A DNA stretch of 64,000 nt from Torpedo marmorata (GCA_977017645.1 OZ360252.1:21886001-21950000); one strand, 5' to 3'. Counted from the first letter of the stretch, positions 49,379-62,635 are shown. The notes: generated by a model not told the origin, from the sequence alone. A program made the numbers and translations.

Positions 49379-51636
49379 TTGCAGGTGAAGCTGACTGTGA
49401 ATATTTACTCTCTCTCAATCTTTTGTATTTATTATCTGTTTTTCAGTTTAATTTAATGCATGGTGATGTAGTCTTCTGAAGTGCCTGTTAGTAAGTAAGA
49501 ATTTTGGGAGGATGTGTACGTTGTGCAGTGCGTGTGACACTAATGTCCTTGCTCACTGTTGGGTCTTTGGGTACATGTGCACGCTTCCCACAAGCCCCAG
49601 GTGAAGCAGCAGACGCGTGCAATTGACCAGTGAGGACCTGCTGGCTGAGACGTAACATTAAAACCTGACCTGACCACTAGCTTATCTGGGCCCAATGAGT
49701 GTTAGTGGAAGATTTACTAGGATGTTGCCAGGACTTGAAGAACTGAGTTACAGGGAAAGGATAAGCAGGTTAGGACTTGATAAGGTGTACAAAAGTATGA
49801 GGGGTATAGATAGAGTAAGTGCAAGGCTTTTTCCACTGAGGTTGGGTGAGACCAGAACTAGAGGAAATGGGTTAAGGGTGAAAGGTGAAATTAAAGGGAA
49901 CATTAGGGGGAACTTCTTCACGCAGAGTGTGGTGAGAGTGTGGAACGATCTGGTGAATGCAGGCTCAATTTTGACATTTAAAAAAAATAAATTTGGATAC
50001 GTGGATGGAAGGGGTCTGGAGGGCTCAGGTCCAGGTCAGTGGGACTAGGCAGAATAATGGTTCAGCATGGACTAGAGGGGCCGAAGGTCCTGTTTCTGTC
50101 CTGTAATGTTCTATGTTTCTAATGCTGACCTGAAGGTACTTTCTGAAAAGCAGAAGTGGAGTCCCTGGCAACAGGAACACTGTCCTTGTGCAGTGATACT
50201 GAGCACAGCACTGTCACCAGAGCCTGCAGGACTCGGCCTGAACCCGGCGCAGGGAGCAGGCTGACGTCGGGGCTGGGCAGCGGCGAACAGATCTCGGGGG
50301 GTCTCGTACGACTGCTCGTGTGACCCAGTGACTCAGTCCCGAGGTGAGTAAGAACGTGGATGCCACAGTGGGTGAATTCTGTAGCAGTTGAACCAGCGGG
50401 GGGCAGCGTGCGGACCTGAGCCCGACAGATTGGTGTCCGATCGACAGGAAACAGGCCCTCGGCCTACTGAGTCTGTGCTAACCATCAAGCACCCATTCTT
50501 CGCCAATACTACTCTGTTCCCATTTTATTTCATTTTGATTTAATTCAGAGACGCAGCTCAGTTCTGGCCCAATAGCACCCATGTATGTGACCAATTAGCT
50601 TCCGAACCCTGCACGCCTTTGGAACATGGGAGGAAACCCACACGGTCACGGGGAAGAGCGTGCAAACTCCTTACAGACGGCGCTGGATTCGAACCCGCGT
50701 CGCTGGCAGTCTGATAGTGTTGTACTAACCGTGCCACCCTTCTGCTTCCCACATTCACTGCAACTCCTCCCAGGTTCCAATCACCAGCTCGGGGGATGAG
50801 GGGTGCCCTGATAGAGGTGCACAAGATAATGAGAGGCATTGATGGTGTGGACGGCCAGAGGTTTTTTCCCAGGGGCTGAAATGGCTAACACGAAGGGGCT
50901 TAGTTTTAAGGTGCTTGGGAGTAAGTACAGGGGGGGATGTAAGAGGTACGTTTTCACACAGAGAGGGGTGGGTGCATGGAATGCGCTGCCGGCAACGGTG
51001 GTAGAGGCAGGTACAATAGGATCTTTTAAGAGACCATTAGATAGGTACATGGAACTGAGAAAAATGGAGGGTCATGCAGAAGGGAAATTCTAGGCAGCTG
51101 TTCGAGTAGGTTATTAGGTCAGCACAGTACTGTGGGCCGAAGGGTCCGTACTGTGCTGTAGATTTCTGAGCTGTAACTCCGGATGAGAAGTTTATTTCAG
51201 CCAGGTAACTGACCAACCCACACGTACGCAGCACGTGTTTGTGGAAGATAAAGTTTCACGAGAAGTTTTGGAATTACGGGATGGAGGTACAGAGTGCTGG
51301 AGCAGCCGTGTCAGAGAGTGAACAGCGATAGAGCTGGCTGGTTGTGCAGAGGCAGGGAAGTGATCGCTCTCTGTGAGTTCTGGCCCAATAGCACCCATGT
51401 ATGTGACCAATTAGCTTCCGAACCCCGCACGCCTTTGGAACATGGGAGGAAACCCACACGGTCACGGGGAAGAGCGTGCAAACTCCTTACAGACGGCGCT
51501 GGATTCGAACCCGCGTCGCTGGCAGTCCGATAGTGTTGTACTAACCGTGCCACCCTTCTGCTTCCCACATTCACTGCAACTCCTCCCAGGTTCCAATCAC
51601 CAACTCGGAGGATGAGGGGTGCTCTGGAGCTGAATC

Positions 51637-53280
51637 CAGAAGGTCTGAAAGCACTTCGCTTCTTCCTGGACCAAAGACCCGACCAGTCACCCTCTACCAC
51701 CACCCTCCTCTGCCTGGCAGAACTTGTCCTCACTCTAAATAGCTTCTCCTTTAACACATCCCACTTCCTCCAAATCAAAGGAGTAGCCATGGGTACCCGC
51801 ATGGGTCCCAGCTACGCCTGCCTGTTTGTGGGCTTTGTGGAGCAATCCATGCTGCAAGCCAACACAGGCAAGACCCCTCATCTCTTCCTCCGGTATATCG
51901 ACGACTACATCGGGGCTGCCTCATGCACCCGCGATGAGCTTGTCAACTTCATCCACTTCGCATCCAACTTCCACCACGATCTCAAACTCACCTGGTCCAT
52001 CTCCGATAACACTCTCCCCTTCCTGGATCTCTGTCTCCATCTAGGGAGACAAGCTTTCCACCGACATATACTACAAAACCTCCAACTCCCACAACTACCT
52101 GCACTACACTTCCTCACACCCTGTCCCCTGCAAAGATTCCAATCCCTTCTCTCAATTTCTCCGTCTCCCCCGCATCTGTTCCCAAGATGAGGTCTTCCAG
52201 TCCAGTTCTACTGAAATGTCTGCCTTCTCCCACAAACGTGGCTTCCCCTCCACCACCATCAACTCAGCCCTCACCCGCATCTCCTCCATTTCCCGCTCAT
52301 CTGCCCTGGCCCCCTCTGCCCCCAGATGCAACAAACATAGAATCCCCCTCATCCTCACCTACCACCCCACCAGCCTTCGCATTCAGCACATTATCCGCCG
52401 GAATTTCCGGCACTTACTACAGGATCCCACCACCAGACACATTTTTCCTTCTCCTCCCCTCTCGGCCTTCCATAGGGACTGCTCCCTCCGTGATTCCCTC
52501 ATGCACTCATCCCTCCCCACCCATCGCACCCCCAGCACCTTCCCCTGTGCCCGCAGGACGTGCAACACTTGCGCCCACACCTCCTCCCTCACCACGGTCT
52601 GGGACCCCAAACAGGCCTTCCAAGTGAAGCTACACATCACTTGTACATCTAGAGAACTTATTTACTGCATCTGGTGCTCCCTTTGTGGCTTTCTCTACAT
52701 CGGAGAGACCGGTCGTAGATTGGGAGACTGCTTCGCTGAGCACCTCCTCTCCGTCCGCAACAACAGCGACCTCCCAGTAGCCAGCCATTTCAATTCCGAG
52801 TCACACTCCCACACTCACATGTATGTCCATGGCCTTATGTACTATCCCACCTAGACCAACCGCAAATTGGAGGAACAACACCTTATTTTCCGTCTGGGCA
52901 CTCTCCAGCCAGATGGCATTAACATTGACTTTTCTGCATTCCACTAAACCTGCTCACCTTTTCCTTCCCCTCACCTGTCCTTCCTGTTTTTTTCCACCCA
53001 CCCAGCCATCCCTCCTCCCCCTCTTTGCTGCTATCCCCTCCCTCCTTTCTCCACCTATCATCTCCTGCCTTTCCCACCCCCCTTTCCCCCCCCACCCCCC
53101 CAACTGTTGTTCGGACGCCTGCCGGCAATTTCTCATACTTTGATGAAGGGCTCAAGCCTGAAACGTCGGTTATGTATTTCTACCTTTGCTACATAAAAGA
53201 CACTGTTTGACCTGCTGAGCTTCTCCAGCATTTGTGTTTTTTACTTCAACCACGGTGTCTACAGATTTTCGTGATTTACT
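51637..53280 (+). mobile_element. Penelope-like element (Neptune-like), 5'-truncated and frameshifted; RT + GIY-YIG
   Basis: GVAMGTRMGPSYA, RYIDD; CARRTCNTC linker; LIYCIWCSLCG..YIGET; hammerhead-like motif at 53134-53174. Confidence 0.92.
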
Positions 53281-53496
53281 GCTGGTGTGGTGTGCCACAT
53301 GGTGGCCAGGGCAGGTATTGCAGATGTGTGCGGGATGAATTCTGATCGAATTGGGCTGCTCCAAACCAGCGCCCGACCCAACAGGGAAATTTCCAACAAG
53401 CCTTGCCATGCCACTGCCTGAGAGTGAGATGGGCAGGGGGAAGGGGGTGGAGATTTTCCTGCTCGGTTTGGACCAGTCGAAGGCCTTCAACAGGAC

Positions 53497-54450
53497 CTTT
53501 TTTTTTCAAAAAAATAAATTTTATTCGCAATAAATTATATACAATACAAGACAAATAACTGTTCAAAACTTTACATTTGTAGTTTCAATCCTCTTGAGTA
53601 AGTTATTTACAAAACCTGCTCAAAACTTTTACGTAGTGTCAGTCATCTCATATCGAGTAAGTTATTTAAATTACAGGAAAAATTGTTCAGAAACATTTTA
53701 CATCGTGTCACTCATCTCCTCAATGTTCATTTCATGTTTAACCTTGTTGCCTTAATACTCAGTCACCACCCCTGTGGCACCTTGTTGTTCCTCCCCGCCT
53801 CTCTGTTGGTTTAGGAGCTTCCCCTCAGTGTCAGCCCCTCAGAGCCCGGTAATGGGGGGGCTCTAAACTGTACTCCTTCCCCACAGTGCCCTTGCGTTGG
53901 CTGCACCAAGCCTCAGCACGTCCCTCAGCACGTAGTCCTGCAGCCTGGAATGTGCCAGGCGGCAGCATTCCCGGACCGACATCTCAGTGTGCAGAAAGAC
54001 CAACGGGTTTTGGGTTTTGGGCCGACCAAAGGGCGTCCTTCACCGAGTTGATGGCCTTCCAGCAGTTCTGGATGTCGGACTCTGAGTGTGTCCCTGGGAA
54101 CAGTCCGTAAATCAAGGAGTCCTCTGTCACGCTGCCGCTGGGGATGGACTGTGACAGAGCCCCCTGCATCCCTCTCCGCACCCTCCTTGCGAATCTGCAT
54201 TTGGCAAAGAGGTGGGCGACGGTCTCCACCCCACCGCAGCCGTCCCGAGGACAGCGTGCGTTGAGGGTGATGTCCCGGTTGTACAAGAAGGATCTCACTG
54301 GGAGGGCTCCTCTCACCGCCAGCCAGGCCATGCATGATGAATGTGCTGTCTTTGGAGAGGGAATCAGGGATTGTGTCCGACTGTTCGACACAGGCATCAG
54401 CAGTGCTGTCCAATTAACAGGAAGCGTCCTGTTTAGTTCTGGAGTCACTC
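53497..54450 (-). mobile_element. Tx1-clade LINE 3' fragment
   Basis: AWLAVRGALPVR...CPRDGCGGVETVAHLFAKC CCHC motif; AATAAA and polyA on the minus strand. Confidence 0.8.
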
Positions 54451-54870
54451 TCCCACTGCCAAGATGGAATATAAGGGGTTGTTCCTCCAGTTTACGGGTG
54501 GCCGCGGCTTGGCAGTGCATGAGTCCGTGGACAGAAATGTCAGTATGGTAATGGTGGCAATTATAGTAAAACCTCCCGGTGTCCGACACCTACAGTGATT
54601 GGTAGATGCCGGTTTGCAAATTTTCCGGTTGCTTAAGACTCACCCTTGCAATGCTAATAAACCAGCATTAAGAATATACAGTTTAAAAGATAAAAGACAG
54701 TGCAAAATGTAAAGTAATTTGAAAAAAATGTATTGTAATCCTTAATTATGTAAAGTTCACTTTAGAACCATAGAACATTACAACACAGAAACAGGCTCCT
54801 TCGGCCCTTCTAGTCTGTGCCGAACCATTTTTTTGCCTAGTCCCACTGACCTGCACCCAGTCCATAGCCC

Positions 54871-56807
54871 ACCACGGCCACCAACCTCATTCTCCCCCAC
54901 CCCCGCACAGCCCGTTTCTACCTTCTACCCAAGATACACAAACCCAACCATCCGGGCAGACCCATTGTTTCTGCCTGCTCCTGCCCCACCGAACTAGTTT
55001 CATCTTACCTTGACTCCATCTTTTCTCCCCTGGTCCAATCCCTCCCCACCTACATCCGCGACACCTCACATGCCCTCCATCTCCTCGATGACTTCAGATT
55101 CCCTGAACCGGACCGCATCATCTTCACCATGGATGTCCAATCCCTTTATACCTCTATCCCCCACACAGAAGGTCTGAAAGCACTTCGCTTCTTCCTGGAC
55201 CAAAGACCCGACCAGTCACCCTCTACCACCACCCTCCTCCGCCTGGCAGAACTTGTCCTCACTCTCAATAACTTCTCCTTCAACTCATCCCACTTCCTCC
55301 AAATCAAAGGAGTAGCCATGGGTACCCGCATGGGTCCCAGCTACGCCTGCCTGTTTGTGGGCTTTGTGGAGCAATCCATGCTGCAAGCCTACACAGGCAA
55401 GACCCCTCATCTCTTCCTCCGGTATATCGACGACTACATCGGGGCTGCCTCATGCACCCACAATGAGCTCGTCAACTTCATCCACTTCGCATCCAACTTC
55501 CACCCCGATCTCAAACTCACCTGGTCCATCTCCGATAACACTCTCCCCTTCCTGGATCTCTCTGTCTCCATCTCGGGAGACAAGCTTTCCACCGACATTT
55601 ACTACAAACCCTCCAACTCCCACAACTATCTGGACTACACTTCCTCACACCCTGTCCCCTGCAAGGACTCCATCCCCTTCTCTCAATTTCTCCGCCTCCG
55701 CCGCATCTGTTCCCAAGATGAGGTGTTCCACTCCAGATCTTCTGAAATGTCTGCCTTTTTCCACAAACGTGGCTTCCCCTCCACCACCATCAACTCAGCC
55801 CTCACCCGCATCTCCTCCATTTCCCGCTCATCTGCCCTGGCCCCCTCTGCCCCCAGACGCAACAAACATAGAATACCCCTCATCCTCAGCTACCACCCCA
55901 CCAGCCTCCGCATCCAACACATTATCCGCCGGAATTTCCGGCACGCTGCAGGATCCCACCACCAGACACATTTTTCCTTCTCCTCCCCTCTCGGCCTTCC
56001 GTAGGGACCGCTCCCTCCGCGATTCACTCGTGCACTTGTCCCTCCCCACCCATCGCACCCCCGGAACCTTCCCCTGTGCCCGCAGGAGGTGCAACACCTG
56101 CGCCAACACCTCCCCCCTCACCACGGTCCATGGCCCCAAACAGGCCTTCCAAGTGAAACTACACTTCACTTGTACATCCAGAGTACTTATTTACTGCATC
56201 CGGTGCTCCCTTTGTGGCTTTCTATACATTGGAGAGACCGGTCGTAGATTGGGAGACCGCTTTGCTGAGCACCTCCTCTCCGTCCGCAACAACAGCGACC
56301 TCCCAGTAGCCAACCATTTCAATTCTGGGTCACACTCCCACACTCACATATCTGTTCATGGCCTCATGTACTATCCCACCCAGACTACCCGCAAATTGGA
56401 GGAACAACATCTCATATTCCGTCTGGGCACTCTCCAGCCAGATGGCATTAACATTGACTTTTCTGCTTTCCACTAAACCTGCTTGTTGTTCCCTTCCCCT
56501 CCCCCCTCACCTGTCCTTCCTGTTTTTTTCCACCCACCCAGCCATCCCTCCTCCCCCTCTTTGCTGCTGTCCCCTCCCTCCTTTCTCCACCTATCATCTC
56601 CTGCCTTTGCCACCCCCCTTCCCCCCTCACTCCTTTGTTCGGACGCCTGCCGGCATTTTCTCATACTTTGATGAAGGGCTCAAGCCCGAAATGTCGGTTA
56701 TGTATTTCTACCTTTGCTACATAAAAGACACTGTTTGACCTGCTGAGTTCTCCAGCATTTGTGTTTTTTACTTCAACCACGGTGTCTACAGATTTTCGTG
56801 TTTACTT
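54871..56807 (+). mobile_element. Penelope-like element (Neptune-like), near-intact RT + GIY-YIG with a frameshift near 55945
   Basis: MDVQSLYTSIP, GVAMG, RYIDD, FLD; CARRRCNTC linker; LIYCIRC..YIGET..R..EH; 8-bp TSD catagccc (54863-54870, 56808-56815). Confidence 0.95.
56662..56702 (+). ncRNA. Minimal type-I hammerhead-ribozyme-like motif (C3U variant) in the Penelope terminal region
   Basis: catact-TTGATGA-a-gggc(tcaa)gccc-GAAA-tg-TC-ggttatg; Penelope-like elements are known to carry minimal hammerheads; activity untested. Confidence 0.6.
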
Positions 56808-58693
56808 CATAGCCCTCCATACCTCTCCCATCCATGTACCTGTCCAAATTCTTCTTAAATGTTAAAATTGAGCCTGCATTCACCATGTCAGCTGGCAGCT
56901 CGTTCCACACTCCCACCACTCTGTGTGAAGAGGTTCCCCAAAAATTGTTCCCCTTTCACTCTTAACCCATGTCCTCTGGTTTGTATCTCACCTACCCTCA
57001 GTGGAAAAAGCCTATCTACATTTACTCTGTCTATCCCCCTCATAATTTTAAATACCTCTATCAAATCTCCCCTCATTCTTCTACGCTCCAGGGAATAAAG
57101 TCCTAACCTGTTTAACCTTTCCCGGTAACTCAGTTCCTGAAGTCCGGGCAACATCCTAGTAAATCTTCTTCGCACTCTTTCTATCTTGTTGATATCTTTC
57201 CTGTAGTTAGGTGACCAAAACTGCACACAATACTCCAAATTTGGCCTCACCAATGTCTTATACAACTTTACCATAACGTCCCAACTCCTGTACTCAATAC
57301 TTTGATTTATAAAGGCCTTCATATCTGCCTGTGATGCTACTTTCAGGGAATTATGTATCTGTATTCCCAGATCCCTCTGTTCTACCACACTCCTCAGTCC
57401 CCTACCATTCACCGTGTACGTCCTTTCTTGGTTTGTCCTTCCAAAATGCAACACCTCACACTTGTCTGCATTAAATTCCATCTGCCATTTTTCAGCCCAT
57501 TTTTCCAGCTGGTCTTGATCCCTCTGCAAGCTCTGAAAACCTTCCTCGCAGTCCACAACACCTCCAATCTTAGTGTCATCTGCAAACTTGCTGATCCAAT
57601 TTACCACATTATCATCCAGATCATTGATATAGATTACAAACAACAATGGTATCTTTAATCAGATAATTCCCATAACTTACCAAATTTAAATTTAAATTCG
57701 AACCCCGGTCACTGGCGCTGTAACAGCGTTGCGCTAACCGCTACGCTAACCGTGCCGCCATCATAACTAACTCCCCCAAGTTTACAGATAAAGCCTTACT
57801 AATACACTTAATCATATTCTGTACTAATATGATAAAGACTCTTTCTCGGCAGAGATAGGGAGACACTTTGGGACAGTCACCCCAGCGGCGAGCGGCACCG
57901 GCCGGCTCTTCATCCTGGGCGCCGCCATTTTATTCAAATGCAACTTTATTGAAACTTTATTCAAACGGCTGCTGCACGACCGGGGAGCTCCGCTGGCTGA
58001 ATGTTTGCTCCTGTCTTTAAGGGGTTGTGTGCTGCTTCGGAGAACATTTACTTTACAATTTAAAACTTTTATTTAAAATTTTATTTATTCTTATTTATTT
58101 TAATTTTTAAAATTTACTTATTTCCTCTTTTTTTTTTAACCAGTTGCTTCGGGTTGTCATTTGCTTGAATTCTGGACAATGGGGATTTTACTGTATTTGG
58201 ATGAGACATCAATATTGACCTCTGATTTCTGTTAAATCCTCTGTCCTGATCTCTCTTTCCTTTCCCCTCTCTCTCCTTTCCTCCATTTCCCTCACCCCTT
58301 CCCTTCATTCTCTGATCAGAGAGCTACCCTACTTAGCTCTCTGCCCTCTCCCCAACATTTTTCAGCTTCTTTCTCTTCTACCCTCCCACCTGTATCTACT
58401 ATGACCTCTGACATATTAGCCTGTGCTCCCCCCCCCCCCCACCCCTTCCTCCCTCCTCTCCTCCCCCCACGTTTATATTCAGGAGTCTGCCTGTTTTCCT
58501 ACATATCCAACTCAGGCCCGAAGCGTTGGTTACCATTTTACTTCGTACGGATGCTGCGTGACCTGCTGAGTTTCTCCAACACTTTTGTGTACTACACTCG
58601 ACCCCAGCATCTGCAGACTTTCTTGTTTAAAGTCGGACAGCATCTGTGGGTAGAAATGGTCCATCAACGTAGAACCCTACATCAAATTGAGAG

Positions 58694-59543
58694 GTAAACA
58701 CGAAAATCTGTAGACACCGTAGTTAGAAGTAAAAAACACAAAAGCTGGAGAACTCAGCAGGTCAAACAGTGTCTTTTATGTAGCAAAGGTAGAAATACAT
58801 AACCGACGTTTCGGTCTTGAGCCCTTCATCAAAGTATGAGAAAATGCCGGCAGGCGTCCAAACAAAGGAGTGAGGGGGGAAGGGGGGTGGCAAAGGCAGG
58901 AGATGATAGGTGGAGAAAGGAGGGAGGGGACAGCAGCAAAGAGGGGGAGGAGGGATGGCTGGGTGGGTGGAAAAAAACAGGAAGGACAGGTGAGGGGGGA
59001 GGGGAAGGGAACAACAAGCAGGTTTAGTGGAAAGCAGAAAAGTCAATGTTAATGCCATCTGGCTGGAGAGTGCCGAGACGGAAAATGAGATGTTGTTCCT
59101 CCAATTTGCGGGTAGTCTGGGTGGGATAGTACATGAGGCCATGTACAGACATGTGAGTGTGGGAGTGTGACCCAGAATTGAAATGGTTGGCTACTGGGAG
59201 GTCGCTGTTGTTGCGGACGAAGAGGAGGTGCTCAGCAAAGCGGTCTCCCAATCTACGACCGGTCTCTCCAATGTATAGAAAGCCACAAAGGGAGCACCGG
59301 ATGCAGTAAATAAGTCCTCTAGATGTACAAGTGAAGTGTAGTTTCACTTGGAAGGCCTGTTTGGGGCCCTGGACCTTGGTGAGGGGGTAGGTGCGGGCGC
59401 AGGTGTTGCACCTCCTGCGGGCACAGGGCAAGGTGCCAGGGGTGCGATGGGTGGGGAGGGACGAGTGCACGAGTGAATCGCGGAGGGAGCGGTCCCTACG
59501 GAAGGCCGAGAGGGGAGGAGAAGGAAAAATGTGTCTGGTGGTG
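58694..59543 (-). mobile_element. Penelope-like element 3' fragment (GIY-YIG plus terminal region), inverted
   Basis: ORF 59024-59470 is nearly identical to the GIY-YIG end of 54871-56807. Confidence 0.93.
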
Positions 59544-59784
59544 ACAAGGTTTGGATTTTAGTTGGAGATTGGAGTGCGATATGTTTTGATAATAATTTTA
59601 GTAGATATTGCTCATCCCAGTTTCTCTTGTATTGAAGCCACATTTTAGTTTTCAATACAACTGGACCACTTGGCAGAGGTTTGTGTGACCAAGAAGCTGC
59701 CACTTTGTTTAGAGCTCAGAGTCACGTGGAGGTCCATTCAGTCAGGAACACAAGATGTTTCCCTGTGAAAGAACAGAGGGACAG

Positions 59785-60510
59785 AGTCCGAATTTATTGT
59801 CATGAACGTGTCACAAAATTCATTGTTTGGCGGCAGCATTACAGGTGCAAACATTGCTATAAATTACATTAAAAAAAATAATTAGCGCGGCACGGTTAGC
59901 GCAACGCCTTTACTGCGCCAGCGATCGGGACCAGGGTTCGAATCCCGTGCTGTCTGTAAAGAGTTTGCACGTTCTCCCCGTGTCTGAGTGGGTTTTCCCC
60001 GGGGGCTCGGGTTTCCTCCCACTGTTTGAAATGTGTAGGTTAATGGGGTGTAAATTGGGCGGCACGGCCTCATGGGCCGGAATGACCTGTTACCCTGCTG
60101 TATGTCTAAATTTTTTTTTAAAAAGAGAAAAAGTGAGGTAGTGTCTGTGGTTCATTGTCCATTCAGAAATCTGATGGCGGAGGGGAAGAAGCTGTTTTTG
60201 TACTGTTGGGTGTTTGTCTTCAGGCTCCTGTACTTTGATGAAGGGCTCAAGCCTGAAACGTTGGTTATGTATCTTTGTGTTGTGTTGTGTTTTTACTTCA
60301 ATCATTGCATTTGCAGATTTTCCTGTTTTACTCTTGTACCTCCTTCCTGGTGGTATCAGTGTGAAGAGGGCGTGGCCTGCGTGGTGGGGGTCCTTGATGA
60401 TAGAGGCTGTTTTCTTGAGACACCGCCTCTTGTAGATGTCCTCGATGGGGTGAAGACTGGTGCCCGTGATGGCGCTGGCCGAGTTCACAACTCTCTGTAG
60501 CCTTTTCCTG
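59785..60510 (-). mobile_element. Rex1/Babar 3' fragment carrying a V-SINE (about 59885-60120) and a Penelope-end insertion (60234-60330)
   Basis: [13 protein letters not shown]...KDPHHAGHALF; insertion bounded by ctcctgtac/ctcttgtac. Confidence 0.82.
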
Positions 60511-60583
60511 CCAAAGGGTGAATTATGTTCATGGAATTGGCACACTGAGGTTGATTGATTTTCCCCCTCTCCCACCCCCGCAG

Positions 60584-60676
60584 GAGTGTCGAAACGACCT
60601 GTGTTGTGAGGCGTCCACGTGTAAACTCAAGTACGGAGCAGAGTGTGCATCGGGAGTCTGTTGCAAAGAGTGCAAG
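60584..60676 (+). CDS. ADAM9: ADAM9-like disintegrin exon ([31 protein letters not shown])
   Basis: ccccgcag acceptor, gtaagt donor; 93 bp, phase 0-0; disintegrin Cys spacing. Confidence 0.95.
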
Positions 60677-60709
60677 GTAAGTGCTCAACAACGAACAATT
60701 GCCATTTAA

Positions 60710-60969
60710 AAAAAAAATTTAGACATACAGCACGGTAACAGGCCAATTCGGCCCTACGAGCCCGTGCCGCCCAATTACACCCCATTAACCTACACCCCAG
60801 GTACATTTTGAAGGGTGGAAGGAAACCTGAGTCCCCGGAGAAAACCCACGTAGACACGGGGAGAACGTACAAACTCCTTACAGACAGCGCGGGATTCGAA
60901 CCCCGGTCCGGTCCCGATCGTTGGCCCTGTAAAGGTGTTTCGCTAACCGCTACGCCAACCGTGCCGCCC
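60710..60969 (-). mobile_element. tRNA-derived V-SINE (HE1-like), full length
   Basis: complete head, B box, V-domain and tail on the minus strand. Confidence 0.88.
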
Positions 60970-61049
60970 TTATATGATAATTATAATAACAATAATAATG
61001 ATTGTACATAAACATATACAACCTGACGGAATAGTGCATCTCCGGACCA

Positions 61050-61220
61050 TTGTGCACACACACACCCACCCGTACACCCCACACACACCCACACCCTGTA
61101 CACCCCACACACACCCCACGCGCACTCCCACGCGCACTCCCACGCGCACTCCCACGCGCACTCCCACGCGCACACCCACGCGCACACGTACACAGTACAC
61201 CCAACACACAAACGACACAC
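61050..61220. repeat. (CA)-rich microsatellite with a 12-bp repeat cccacgcgcact
   Basis: directly visible. Confidence 0.9.
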
Positions 61221-62635
61221 ATAGCGATCCAAAATAAATGTATATAAAAATAATTTACGGTCATAAATAATAACAGACCGAGGTAGTGTTATGAATCAAT
61301 ATCCAAACAATGAGGAGTGAGTCAGTCCTTCTCTTGTCCACTTCGACACTTAGGGCTGACCCAGTTTTGGCCTCTGACCCACTCCACCCAGTAACCACCC
61401 TCCCCCCCAACAGTTTAAAACCTTGGGTTTCGCAAACGTGCTTTTCTGCAGGTTCCTGGGCGACAGAATTCCAGATTCCCAATCCTCTGGGATCAGAAAT
61501 TCCCTCCACCTCTGTCTGCGTTGGTTAACCCTCAAATCCTGAAACTCTGCCCCTTGGTAACAGACTCTCTTCCCCCGCCCCTGTCAATCTCCTCTCTCAC
61601 ACCTCAGAACCTCGTACATTCCAGAAACATCTATATTGATCACGTATTTTATCATGGGAGAGGCTGACGTTTAAAAGCCGACTCTGTTCTGACACGACAG
61701 CTGGGGCAGTGGGGCCAGGGAGACTTGGAGGGTGAAATTTGTACGGGATTCCTCTATCTCTGTGACACGAGCTTAAGTTGACCTGACCAAACAATTGGCA
61801 TTAAGACCATATCCCTCCATACCCCTCCCATCCATGTACCTGTCCAATCTTCTCTTAAATGTCGAAATCAAGCCCGCATTCACCACTTCAGCTGGCAGCT
61901 CGTCCCACCACTCTCTGTGAAGGAGTTCCCCCTAATGTTCCCTTTACACATTTCATCTTTCACCCTTAACCCATGTCCTCTGGTTCTTGTCTCACTCAAC
62001 CCCTAAGGGGAAAAGCCTGTTTGCATTTACTCGATCTACACTCCTCACAATTTTGTATACCTCTATCAAATCTCCCCTCATTTTCCGCTCCAGCGAATAA
62101 AGTCCTCACCTGTTTAACCTTCCCCTGTGACCCAGCTCCTCAAGACCTGGCAACATTCTTCTTTCTTTTTCAATCTTTTTTATAAGAAATCCAATACAAT
62201 GAAGAAAAGGGAACAAAATTGAAAATACAATATCACATATGTATATATATTAAAATAAAACTTCAAACAGTATAAACTCGATCCCCCCTCCACTGCAATA
62301 GGAGACAATGTAAAAACCATCAAAAGTATTATATTGTACTCCGGTTATTCAATTTAGGTAATGTGATTTTAGCTGCCAGCTGAAGTGGTGAATGCGGACT
62401 CAGTTTTCACATTTAAGAAAAATTTGGACAGGTACATGGATGGGATATGGACTGGGTGCAGGTCAGTGGGACTGGACAGAAAAATAGTTTGGTGCGGAAT
62501 AGAAATGCTGAAGGGTCTGTTTCTGAGCTGTAATGTTCTGTGGTTCTAAGAGCTTCTCGCAACTTAGCAACATAATTCTTGCTTTCTTTCCTCTTTCCCC
62601 TCTCCCACCCACACACTACCTCTGCCTCTCCACAG

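Larger units (their letters stand above)
54762..57650 (-). mobile_element. CR1 LINE 3' portion (ORF 56888-57646) interrupted by a Penelope element
   Basis: uninterrupted 252-aa CR1 RT C-terminus; tail at 54762-54870 continues at 56808. Confidence 0.92.
54564..58193. mobile_element. Tigger-like MITE split by nested CR1, Penelope and SINE insertions
   Basis: left part 54564-54760 and right end at about 58120-58193 match the two ends of the reverse complement of 12301-12514; TA flanks. Confidence 0.72.

Noticed and set aside
53283-53496. Twin-priming inversion of the adjacent Tx1 element (LLGLDQSKAFNR on the + strand)
   Set aside because: The fragment lies beyond the polyA end rather than at the 5' end, so the geometry does not fit; more likely a separate old relic
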